Source of the DNA: Nemertoderma westbladi
Taxonomy: Eukaryota > Animalia > Xenacoelomorpha
DNA: 37,064 bases
NCBI GenBank assembly: GCA_032718475.1
Contig: JAUCBJ010006767.1
Span: 1 to 37,064, forward strand
Direction: 5' to 3'
The notes under the pieces are model-generated. The model did not search any database. It was not told where the DNA came from and saw nothing but the letters and a program-made list of their open reading frames with translations. The position numbers were made by a program, and so were the translations under genes. This document shows positions 22,001-32,200 of the stretch, piece by piece; positions within the stretch are counted from its first letter, which is position 1, and the number at the start of each line of letters is the position of its first letter.

Positions 22001-25000
22001 AATCTCAAGCCCTTCCAACGCCTGTTCGGTAGTGCGTACTACTGCAGAGGACAACCGAGAGGCATTCTCTAAGGAAGTGATCGACAACATCAAGAGAGAC
22101 ATATACATGGACGACAATCTGAAGTCCCTCCCATCAGTTGAGGAAGCCATTGAGGTCGCTAAGGGAACGGTAGAGTGCTTAAAAAGAGGTGGATTTCGAT
22201 TAACCAAATTCACCAGCAACTCCCGTGAGTTTCTGGAGTCGATCCCTGCGGAAGATCGAGGAGCGAAAGATCTCGATTTGATCAAAGATGATCTGCCAGA
22301 AACCAAGACACTCGGCTTGAAATGGGACACAGAGCGAGATATCCTGTTTTTCCAGCTAAAACAGCGAGATAATCCAGTTCGAACCAAACGGATTTGCTTA
22401 AGTATACTGAGCACTTATTTCGATCCATTGGGATTTATTAGCCCAGTTATATTGATTGCTCGAAGTTTGGTACAACAAATGTGGCTTGAAAACCACTCAT
22501 GGGACGATCCACTTAAGGGAGAATTATTGAAGAAGTGGATGAAATGGGAAGATTCTCTACCGGCCATCGAAGATTTTATAATTTCCCGTTCATATTTTGG
22601 TCATGTTCTCCCTACGTATTCCTATCAATTCCATGTGTTTGGAGACGCCAGCGATATGGGAATCGGTATAGTAGCCTACCTAAGAGTGGAAACTCCGGAT
22701 GGAATCAAAGTCGCCTTGGTTACTTCTAAGGCATTAATCAACAACAAGTTGAAAGTTCCTCGAGCGGAGTTAAAAGCGGCTCTATACGCTACAGCCATCG
22801 GCCGGAATGTAACCGAACAGATTGACTATACATTAGAGAAAACTGTCTATTGGACCGACGCTTTACTCGTGTTAGAGTATATAACCAATGAAGTCTGTCA
22901 GTTCAGCGTCTTCGTTACCAACAGGGTAGCCATCATACTTAGTCGCACGACGATGGACCAATGGAGACATTGCCCCGGAACGATTAACCCAGCAGACATC
23001 GCTTCCCGAGGAGCGACTCCAAAGGAATTGGTAAATACTCCCGAATGGTTAGGAGGACCTGACTTTCTCTACAGAGAAGAAGAAGAATGGCCTCCCCATC
23101 TCACAACAGCAGAGATCAGACAGGCCAAGGGAGCAGAGAAAGTTAAACCCAAAACTCGAGCGAGTAAATCGAAGTTGTTTAAACCTGCGGTTGATCTATC
23201 GGTATTATTTACTTCCGGAGAAGATGCTTTGGATCAGAAACCCACCGCCACGACTAAAGAAGTCTTGGAAATCCGTGACAAGGATTGGAAATCTGGAATA
23301 CCAGATATTTCGCAAGAACTCTCACCTCTCTTGCAGAGAGCGATACGTCACTACAGTTCCTGGAATCGGCTCTGTAAAGCTGTCACCTATCTGAAACGAT
23401 GTTTTCATCATCGTTACTCCGGGACAAAGACCAATAGTGATGATGCTCCATCAACATCTGCACGAGTCCATGTTGTTAAAGATCTTCCTAAATACAAGAT
23501 ATCCGACAGGTTTCTAAAGGAGAAGATCAGTTACCAGGAGCATGATGAAACCAACAAACAGATGCTGAGACTCCTACAATGCTATGAGGATTCCGATAAG
23601 TATTTCCTGTTATTAAGAAATCCACAGATGCGCTTAAGGGATCGCTTCTCTAGTACCATGATAGATGGGTTAATACGTGTTGGAGGCAGGCTGACCAACG
23701 CCCCATTATCCTTTGACACTAAGTTTCCCATCCTCATTAGAAATCTTGATATACAAATCAAGATGATTGTAGATGTTCATAGCAAACTGTATCATGCTGG
23801 TAGAGAACGAGTTCTGAGCGAAATTCGAACTCGCTACTATTTTTATAAACCCCGTAGGGCTCTGAACCAAGTTCTTAGGAACTGTATACCCTGTAGGAAA
23901 GCATTCAGTAGGCCTTTAACACAGCGAGAGGCAGAATTACCTAGGGAAAGAGTAAGCTTCTATGAACCACCCTTTACTAATACCGGTGTGGATTTATTTG
24001 GCCCTATTGAAGTATATCGTGCCCGGACTATAGTCAAGAGATGGTGTGTCATCTTCGTTTGTATGACTTGTAGAGCTATCCATCTCGATATGGTAAACGA
24101 TCTATCCACCAACAGCTTCGTGTTGAGTTTACGACGACAGATCGCTCGCTTCGGAACCAGTAACACGATGAGATCGGATAAGGGAACGAACTTCATTGGC
24201 GCCAACAACGAAATTCAAGCTTACGTAAAGGACTGGAACAAAAGACAGGTGGACGATCAGCTAAGGATAACAGCGTCTAGCTGGACCTTCAACGCCGCCG
24301 ACGCCCCTTGGTGGGGAGGAAGTTGGGAGAGATTGATTAGGAGCGTGAAGACTGCGTTCCACTTTATTGTGCCTTGTCGCGCTTATCTCACCGACGAACT
24401 ATTGCGGACGTTAATGGAGGAAATCGCCGCCTATCTCAACGAAAGACCGCTTATGCCAGTCTCTTCAAATCCTGATTCCCTGGAAGCGCTAACACCCGCG
24501 CACTTTCTACTGAAGAAACCCGTAGCCATGCTCCCACGATCGGAGATCACAGACGGAGACGAGTACTGCCGTCGAACCTGGCAACTTATGCAGTTGCTAT
24601 CCCATCGTTTCGCTGACCATTTCGAGAAACATTACCTGCCCACTCTACAACTTCGAACTAAGTGGTTTGCGCAGCAAGAAAACGTCGGCGCTGGAGACAT
24701 GGTGCTTATTGTGGACCCCGATCTCCCACGTAAGCGATGGCAAACAGGACGTATCATCGAGACTTATATCTCGAGCGATGGTTTGGTGCGATCAGTAGAG
24801 CTCGTCGTCATGCGGCGGAACTTTAAGAAACCAGGGATAGTCTTTGAGACTCAACAGCTCAACCGCCCAGTGGGTCGTTTATGTTTACTGGAAAGAGACA
24901 GAGAGCTCTCCGGAAACTATGGAAGGCAAGAAACTCTTCCCACGACCACTTCCCTAATCCAACCGACATCTAGGGACTCCCCAACGCTCATTAATTTGTT

Positions 25001-25037
25001 TGATAAATCTTTTGTAAATTACGCAAATATACTGTAA
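19074..25037 (+). CDS. BEL/Pao Gag-Pol polyprotein (capsid-like DUF1759-type, 3 zinc knuckles, aspartic protease, RT, RNase H, integrase)
   Basis: KFNGD..W..F, CALC..HHLNRC / CYNC..GHQRRTC / CAKC..HHILLH, LLDSGS, SDIEGMFLQV, YMDD, FGDAS, PRAEL, NPADIASRG, HHCC, GVDLFGP, SDKGTNF, GGSWERLI; listed start is GTG, first ATG is 19182. Confidence 0.97.
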   Translation: MNPIKGNYRPVDNDIPYRPDHNPRNLYTDNSILNNTMAQESFTRQMARTEARQAVKVGEIVKFNGDEMKWLPFNEYYKDNIQNSVLSNGEKLRYLIECLEGSPKLMALKFIGHPDGLRQVWDTLNIRYGNRNNIAKYLYAKLVAPRKFISSGIIEFSDEIQEICRQLDWLGKSHEYQSSMVIGAVASTLPKGGVGTRWDKKVLYMMEQQRRDPTMADLMSFLDGEVKLQLLKQSREKTPENKVSEKPVSRRKVTPVCYTDDGESQTSQGEDSGKDTDRSYYVNKMPKDQVSKFKSRANDRREQVRKTPPTSPKRIQVRKPEEKASVHNVTQNKVSNIKPKCALCDGTHHLNRCDEFLKKSLTERREVMWDKRLCYNCLRQGHQRRTCFSDIRCAKCGAKHHILLHAEFDRNSPNQVSDSELHVQFSDVNDTDQSEMEGFYTDEFSDENESCYMINTAVYRALTYEKDTDNDFTLTTSERQPSWKEPSSNVGIREFPVVQVRVHGPKRSYVVNALLDSGSTGTFIDKELAEDIFAGQLKFQTKLNMSGIMQVWKSTITADYYVGALSTPQDELGEHSIRSVKMVAIKNFATTQADLYNWDEDESIQHLNIPRFQTDYPGVRILIGQNAHEALETLEKRPAQPQPLQTYAVRTRVGWYFTGPSRRTLKERLPQERVCQVSEWEDDTSEGDDSTEGIPYSSDNDNVHQLFDEENTIDLLKENEAWQNQVNLCQLLYPSEREAYNDELNDVIERCNAKTRDEHAVRFFTQEAVEPNSYDKALSVEEERAKQIQETTTRFIKDQGRYEVGLPFRKREPKFINNRPLAEKRIAQLHRRLTANSSAKAMYQTQLEKFINKGYAERVPEETPVTERTYYLTHHYVPKPGKPNEVRVVFDGSTLYMGQSLNSELLPGPNLLQSLLGILLRLRQYSIAFASDIEGMFLQVKVLDRDRDSLRFLWWPEGDLNQKLVEYWMTIQAFGIISSPSNACSVVRTTAEDNREAFSKEVIDNIKRDIYMDDNLKSLPSVEEAIEVAKGTVECLKRGGFRLTKFTSNSREFLESIPAEDRGAKDLDLIKDDLPETKTLGLKWDTERDILFFQLKQRDNPVRTKRICLSILSTYFDPLGFISPVILIARSLVQQMWLENHSWDDPLKGELLKKWMKWEDSLPAIEDFIISRSYFGHVLPTYSYQFHVFGDASDMGIGIVAYLRVETPDGIKVALVTSKALINNKLKVPRAELKAALYATAIGRNVTEQIDYTLEKTVYWTDALLVLEYITNEVCQFSVFVTNRVAIILSRTTMDQWRHCPGTINPADIASRGATPKELVNTPEWLGGPDFLYREEEEWPPHLTTAEIRQAKGAEKVKPKTRASKSKLFKPAVDLSVLFTSGEDALDQKPTATTKEVLEIRDKDWKSGIPDISQELSPLLQRAIRHYSSWNRLCKAVTYLKRCFHHRYSGTKTNSDDAPSTSARVHVVKDLPKYKISDRFLKEKISYQEHDETNKQMLRLLQCYEDSDKYFLLLRNPQMRLRDRFSSTMIDGLIRVGGRLTNAPLSFDTKFPILIRNLDIQIKMIVDVHSKLYHAGRERVLSEIRTRYYFYKPRRALNQVLRNCIPCRKAFSRPLTQREAELPRERVSFYEPPFTNTGVDLFGPIEVYRARTIVKRWCVIFVCMTCRAIHLDMVNDLSTNSFVLSLRRQIARFGTSNTMRSDKGTNFIGANNEIQAYVKDWNKRQVDDQLRITASSWTFNAADAPWWGGSWERLIRSVKTAFHFIVPCRAYLTDELLRTLMEEIAAYLNERPLMPVSSNPDSLEALTPAHFLLKKPVAMLPRSEITDGDEYCRRTWQLMQLLSHRFADHFEKHYLPTLQLRTKWFAQQENVGAGDMVLIVDPDLPRKRWQTGRIIETYISSDGLVRSVELVVMRRNFKKPGIVFETQQLNRPVGRLCLLERDRELSGNYGRQETLPTTTSLIQPTSRDSPTLINLFDKSFVNYANIL

Positions 25038-25778
25038 ACTTTGAACATGTATATTTTGTCTTGTCCACCATTGGGATGGCCAAACATTTGGGAGATGGCT
25101 GCTTAGACCGTTAGGCCGTCAGCAACGCAGGGAGAGATGTCCACAACACGCTAGCGCCCACATTAGATTAGTCCGCGCGCCCCCTCTCCCCCCCCCCCCC
25201 CCCCCCCTTCGAAATACTCCACCTTGCCATGCAGCGCCCGATTCAGAGGAAGGTAAGACTTTGTTTGACGCCCTTGCCCGCCGTAAGACCGTAGATCAGG
25301 GTAAGCGTGACGCCGTCCTGGGACGCCGCAAAATTTAGGATCAAATAACTTAGATTCAGGCAAAACCCGTACTAAAAATCCCCGGATTAACCTGTATTCC
25401 CTACAGGTGTGAACTATTGCTGTTCGTCAGTACGCAAGTACACTTTAGGTACAGACAGCATAATGTTCCATAATTTAGTGATTTGTAGTACTGACAGTTT
25501 GGTGCCGGTTCACTTTGTAGCTTATACATTAGTACCCTACCCCCGCCTGAACCCGCGTTACTCGATCAGGCAAGGAGTATTTCTGCTACCAGCACTCGCT
25601 TGGCCTAGGGAGGTTTTATTAATATCCTACCGCGCCTTGCCACGTACTGATAGGTATTGCTGCTAACCACCGCGGCAACAAAATTCTAGAATCAAAATTG
25701 TATACCAGATCAGCTAACGTACGGTAGCAATTAACAACTATTTCTTATCTTACAACCAGAATCTGGTATTTGTGCCGA

Positions 25779-27926
25779 CTACGGCACTGGGGGTGTGTGT
25801 AGACTGATATCTCCCGCACCTACAGCACTGGGGGTATGTGTAGACTGATATCTCCCGCACCTACAACACTGGGGGTGTGTGTAGACTGATATCTCACACA
25901 ATGCATCGGCCCGCACCTACTGCACTGGGGGTGTGTGTAGACTGATATCTCACACAATGCATCGGCCCGCACCTACAGCACTGGGGGTGTGTGTAGACTG
26001 ATATCTCCCGCACCTACAGCACTGGGGGTGTGTGTAGACTGATATCTCACACAATGCATCGGCCCGCACCTACAGAACTGGGGGTGTGTGTAGACTGATA
26101 TCTCACACAATGCATCGGCCCGCACCTACAGCATTGGGGGTGTGTAGACTGATATCTCCCGCACCTACAGCACTGGGGGTGTGTGTAGACTGATATCTCA
26201 CACAATGCATCGGCCCGCACCTATAGCACTGGGGGTGTGTGTAGACTGATATCTCCCGCACCTACTGCACTGGGGGTGTGTGTAGACTGATATCTCCCGC
26301 AACTACAGCACTGGGGGTGTGTGTAGACTGATATCTCACACAATGCATCGGCCCGCACCTACAGAACTGGGGGTGTGTGTAGACTGATATCTCACACAAT
26401 GCATCGGCCCGCACCTACAGCACAGGGGGTGTGTGTAGACTGATATCTCCCGCACCTACTGCACTGCGGGTGTGTGTAGACTGATATCTCCCGCACCTAC
26501 TGCACTGGGGGTGTGTGTAGACTGATATCTCACACAATGTATCGGCCCGCACCTACTGCACTGGGGGTGTGTGTAGACTGATAACTCACGCACCTACAGC
26601 ACTGGGGGTGTGTGTAGACTGATATCTCACGCACCTACAGCACTGGGGGTGTGTGTAGACTGATATCTCCCGCACCTACAGCACTGGGGGTGTGTGTAGA
26701 CTGATATCTCCCGCACCTACTGCACTGGGGGTGTGTGTAGACTGCTATCTCACACAATGCATCGGCCCGCACCTACTGCACTGGGGGTGTGTGTAGACTG
26801 ATATCTCACGCACCTACAGCACTGGGGGTGTGTGTAGACTGATATCTGCCGCACCAACAGCACTGGGGGTGTGTGTAGACTGATATCTCCCGCACCTACA
26901 GCACTGGGGGTATGTGTAGACTGATATCTCACACAATGCATCGGCCCGCACCTACTGCACTGGGGGTGTATGTAGACTGATATCTCACACAATGCATCGG
27001 CCCGCACCTACAGCACTGGGGGTGTGTGTAGACTGATATCTCCCGCACCTACAGCACTGGGGGTGTGTGTAGACTGATATCTCACACAATGCATCGGCCC
27101 GCACCTACAGCACTGGGGGTGTGTGTAGACTGATATCTCCCGCACCTACAGCACTGGGGGTGTGTGTAGACTGATATCTCCCGCACCTACTGCACTGGTG
27201 GTGTGTGTAGACTGATATCTCCCGCACCTACTGCACCGGGGGTGTGTGTAGACTGATATCTCACACACCTACTGCACTGGGGGTGTGTGTAGACTGATAT
27301 CTCACACAATGCATCGGCCCGCACCTACAGCACTGGGGGTGTGTGTAGACTGATATCTCCCCCACCTACTGCACTGGGGGTGTGTGTAGACTGATATCTC
27401 ACACAATGCATCGGCCCGTACCTACAGTACTGGGGGTGTGTGTAGACTGATATCTCCCGCACCTACAGCACTGGGGGTGTGTGTAGACTGATATCTCCCG
27501 CACCTACTGCACTGGGGGTGTGTGTAGACTGATATCTCCCGCACCTACAGCACTGGGGGTGTGTGTAGACTGATATCTCACACAATGCATCGGCCCGCAC
27601 CTACAGCATTGGGGGTGTGTGTAGACTGATATCTCACATAATGCATCGGCCCGCACCTACAGCACTGGGGGTGTGTGTAGACTGATATCTCCCGCACCTA
27701 CAACACTGGGGGTGTGTGTAGACTGATATCTCACACAATGCATCGGCCCGCACCTACAGCACTGGGGGTGTGTGTAGACTGATATCTCACATAATGCATC
27801 GGCCCGCACCTACAGCACTGGGGGTGTGTGTAGACTGATATCTCCCGCACCTACTGCACTGGGGGTGTGTGTAGACTGATATCTCCCGCACCTACAGCAC
27901 TGGGGGTGTGTGTAGACTGATATCTC
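25779..27926. repeat. Satellite of interspersed 41-bp and 56-bp units (GCACCTACAGCACTGGGGGTGTGTGTAGACTGATATCTC + CC or ACACAATGCATCGGCCC)
   Basis: Roughly 45 units, directly visible. Confidence 0.97.
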
Positions 27927-29195
27927 TGTACGCGCTTTTGAAGACCTTTAGCAGTTTAACCTGCCAAAATTTATATGTCTTTTGGTTTATAAATATACTT
28001 TTAGAAGAAGACAAATATTTAATACCAACAAACACAACATTAGCAGAAGCCAGCCTAGTGCGCGTCCATTCACCCGCTGGATAATCCCGGGAGACTGGAT
28101 TCTGTCGGCTTAAATTATTATTGCAGTGAAGCTTACTGTATTGTATTATTCGATTGATCGTTAATAATTAATTTCTGACTAATATTATTTACTTTCGGGA
28201 AATATTAACAGTTCCTTTAGGACGTGGCGCTCTATCTAAGTAAACAGAGATATGACTTATACTAATCACAACGGTAAGTCGGTAAGGCTTAAGATTCACG
28301 TATGAGGCGCATTCTTTAGGAAATGCTTAGTTATCAATCACAATCATGCACAATACCGGTAACACACAATACTGCTCACTAATTTGCCGACCGTCAATGA
28401 ATTTTATCATATATAAAGGGAATAGCAACGGACCAATGTAGTGCTTATTAAATAGCATTAAATTCACTACAAACCACAACAATATAAGTCGCAATCGCTA
28501 TATATAACCCGTCTCTCTAACCTGTAGTGTATCAAGAAAATTGGGAAATTTGGGTTCTTTATATATGTTCTCCAAATGATATTCAACCAAACACAACAGT
28601 AAATAGCAGTATAATAATGTATGTTAAACAGTAATAACAACAAAGTATTGAATTATGAATGGAATTGTTAAGATTAGATTGGATAACAGTCATACGCTCT
28701 ATAATTTAAGCCTACTAATGTTTCTTATAAAAGTATGAAACGAATTGATTCTAGAGCCGTTGTTCCTGGCCTAGACAGCAATAACAACAAAGTATCCAGA
28801 AAAAACAGTAAGACTGAACACTCTCCTTATGATCGACCGAAAAGCTACACCGTCGACAGGAAAAATCGCTCTGATTGGCTCAAGCCAAACAAAGAACCAT
28901 GCGTCCAATGGCTGTTTCCATGTCAGCAACCAGCTGTTAGATGTCGTAATATGAATCATCACGGCTAAGCTATGAAAGGTATTTGCCGCATTGCAGGTTT
29001 TTTGTCTTACCATGTCCGCTAAAACACGTATATAGCAAAATGACTTTTATGTCCGTTAAAAACACCTGTAACGGTACCTTGAGGGCGAGGGGAATATTTA
29101 TACAGTTATAGAACCTTTTTAGAGTATTCCAGCGCCTGGGGGGAAACTGGATTGCGAAGCAAAGGGGCCAGTTATATCCCACAGAAGCTTTTACA
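27927..29195 (-). repeat. 3' LTR of element 2 (1269 bp, TGTA...TACA)
   Basis: Diverged inverted homologue of 13394-14607 (e.g. AGCGCCACGTCCTAAAGGAACTGTTAATATT shared exactly); clean junction to satellite. Confidence 0.9.
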
Positions 29196-29203
29196 CCGCT
29201 CCC
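29196..29203 (-). promoter_or_regulatory. Polypurine tract GGGAGCGG
   Basis: Short G-rich tract directly abutting the TG of the 3' LTR; absent in front of LTR 1. Confidence 0.7.
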
Positions 29204-29273
29204 AGAAAATGGGATTTGAGTCTATAAAATATACAAAATCACAGTTTCTAATATACGTAAATACTCTAAACAG

Positions 29274-32200
29274 TTAGTCTTTCTTGCGCGGACGGCGTTT
29301 ACGCAGTTTTTTAAAGCTAGCAAGAGTCCTTTTCTCTTTGGGGCGAGCCACTTTACAAGGAGGGCTATAACTCCTGGGTGAAGGGTGCAATATGATTGCA
29401 TCAGAGGGTGTAGGATTATGGTCGGTGTATCCGCCAGTCGAAGTACCGGGTTGATTGACATCAACGTCAGGTGAGAGGGGTCTAACGGCTTTGAGAGCTC
29501 GTTTCAAGACAGCCGCTCTTACGGGTCCTTTACGAGTGGTCTGAACGAGGGCCGTGGGTGGACCATAGGCAGTTAGAAACTTCCGGGGTTTAATGGTCCT
29601 TTCCAACTCGCGTTCGCGGGCTCGGTATTCGTAAGGCCGTCGATGTACTTCCTGCAACTCGGGGTGTGAGTTAACAAACAAGTCTCCATAGTCTGGATCC
29701 TGACGGATATAATTGATTAAGTTATAGGAATGAAGGTCGCTAGGATTAACACTCCTGAGAAATTTGCGTACGAATTTAGTTGAAATACATTCTCCGACGC
29801 GCTTCAGTAGCTCGTAACTCGATATGCGTGATTTCTGTTCAACAGAAGCGAATAGATAAGGATGGAACGCATAAACTCCTTCGTAAGCGCGTCCGGGATA
29901 ATAGCGATGGCGCGAATCACAATGTAAATCAGCGTTCGCTTCCCAAGCTCTGATGTAACGCAGTGTGATCATTTCATCTACGCTTTCCAAATCGTGATTA
30001 AAAGGGCAGTCGAAACTAGCATGTCCCTTTAGTTGACAATGGTGACATTGAGTCATAAATTGAGGGCAAACCGCAAAGATATGCAGGTTATTGAGTCTGC
30101 AATATGCGCAATAAATTTCCATAGTCGGTTGTTCTTGGAAATAGGAACAGCGGACGTTGGTGTCCATGGGCGTATCGTGGTCTCTCGATGCGCATAACCG
30201 ACAACGTTGCCTAGAAACATAGTTGGCATGGCGATAATCGTACGCAGTGAGACACTGTGGGCCTTGATACCATTCTATGATGTAATCGTTGTCGCTGGTC
30301 CGGGGCGCGATAGGCTGAATCTCTTCAGATTCTAGACATATTGGTTCGTCTTCCAAGTGCATAGCTGAAGTGGGCGTGTCTGTCTCTTCAGGTGGACCTA
30401 TCGTCTGAATTTCCACGACAGAATAACCTGTGGGGATTCGAGGTCTTTGTATAACTGAGGAGTGCAAGTTCGATATACAAATCTCTTGGAAAATGGCGAA
30501 TCCAGCGCTATCCAACTTCTCTGCAGCTGAGTTTCTTAGGCTGAGTTTGGTCAAAGCGCGGTCTTTAAATTGGCTATCCACGTTGCGAAACGGGGTTAAA
30601 AATCTCCGGAAACATTCGAAACGGATGAATTTATTATGTTCATCTAGTTTCGCGAGTTTGGTCCCAAGTATTAATGGATGGGCGCGTATAGTACGACTGC
30701 ACACATCGGCTAGCCAACCGGCAAGTGCGGTGTTTTCAAAGATCGTGTATATAGCTAAGGAGGGACGGAGCGGAACACTCATGAAGCTATACACGGCGCC
30801 AGGTGCGGTCAATGGTCCATCAAAGTATAATCGAGAATAATGGTCTCCGTATACCTGTTGATAGTTAATGGGATTTCCGACCTTGAAATTCCATCCGTAT
30901 TCCTGAAAGGCAAGATGTCCGATGGAAGTTCGTTGCACCTTGGTAATGTTGCTAGACGTATTAGCATACATGGTGCGGAAGAAACCTCGACCTTCTGCCC
31001 AGGGAGCAATCAGCTGAGTATCAACGAAAGGGTATGGAATGTCCTCCATATTTCGAAAGTCGTTTTGGAGATCTCCATAAACAGCTGAGCCGATTTTAAG
31101 GATTCTTTCGTTGAACAACATCTCGAGTACGGGCTGGGGTAACATCGATCCATCGATGCCCATGGCCGGTTTGCGTTCGGTGTCAATGACGTAACGCTGC
31201 GCGAGTTCGAATTGTCCATGTCGGAGATTCTTTTGTGTTTCGGTGAGAGTTTCAAAAGAATAATCAATCAAGTCGGAACACGCTCGAGTAAACACGTGGG
31301 TAGAACCAGCTAATCCGCGGATGTGGATCATGCGCGTAGTTCCTAGCTCTCCGACCGGAACGCTACCTTCATTATCGTAGGTGACAACTCCATACGTCTC
31401 GATAACATTAAGAGTTTCATTCCACTCCTTGGTGGCATTCTCTAGGGTCATCCCTACTGGATGCCACAAGGTGGCGCATTGGTTAGCGTCAGGGAGATCA
31501 CTATACTTCATATGCCGAGTGGTATACGTCTCCACATTTCCAAATCTTTGTATTTTCTCTTCTTCAAATAATACATCTAGATTCCAATGGACTAATCGAG
31601 TTTTAATAAATCCATCGATGTTATAAGGAGGTTCTATATCTTTCTCGATTCGAGAAATGTTATATGGTTTTCTAAATGAGTTTACCTTTACTAACTGATC
31701 CAGATGTTTCTGCAATTGTTCGAGTTCGACAATGTCTAGAGGATTTATTAGTGGTAGAAACTTTAAATCATGTGTCGGGTCTTCTGGTTTTACCATATAA
31801 TATTGAGTCAGATTAACGTAATAAGGGTGGTCTTTAATCCCGTAAAACGAGTTCTGTAAAGGTCTAGCGCATATGTTGACATCGTGTACCATACGACGGA
31901 CAAGATCCGCTCGATTGTCCGGAGGTTCAACGAGTATACCGTCAACACGAGCGGCCTCGATCGGCGGACGCTGTAACATAGGGGCGTCAGCGATAAGGTT
32001 TTGCGATCCTGTACTGATATCAACCGGTTGAGGTTGTATCGTCGCGAAGAGCTTGTCTCCGAAATGTGGAATCATAGAGGGATGACGAACGGTTTTAGAG
32101 TAGAGGTCCGTCATGAGAATTTGAGCTTCAGGTTGGGCTAAAGCGGCTTCTTCTCTTTCTTCCAGTTTCGTGTGTTTCTCTTCGATTAGATTTTCTTCTG

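Larger units (their letters stand above)
13394..25778 (+). mobile_element. BEL/Pao LTR retrotransposon, element 1 (3'-truncated, no 3' LTR in window)
   Basis: 5' LTR, long leader, gag-PR-RT-RNase H-IN order with BEL-type motifs; ends abruptly in satellite. Confidence 0.93.

Noticed and set aside
25779-27926. CRISPR-like array or coding repeat (ORF 26750..27007)
   Set aside because: Only two alternating unit types of 41 and 56 bp, neither a multiple of three; no unique spacers
13394-29195. Single element with inverted terminal repeats (DIRS-like or DNA transposon)
   Set aside because: Repeats are diverged TG...CA LTRs of two opposite-strand elements; DDE integrase, no tyrosine recombinase; LTR 2 has its own PPT and upstream integrase
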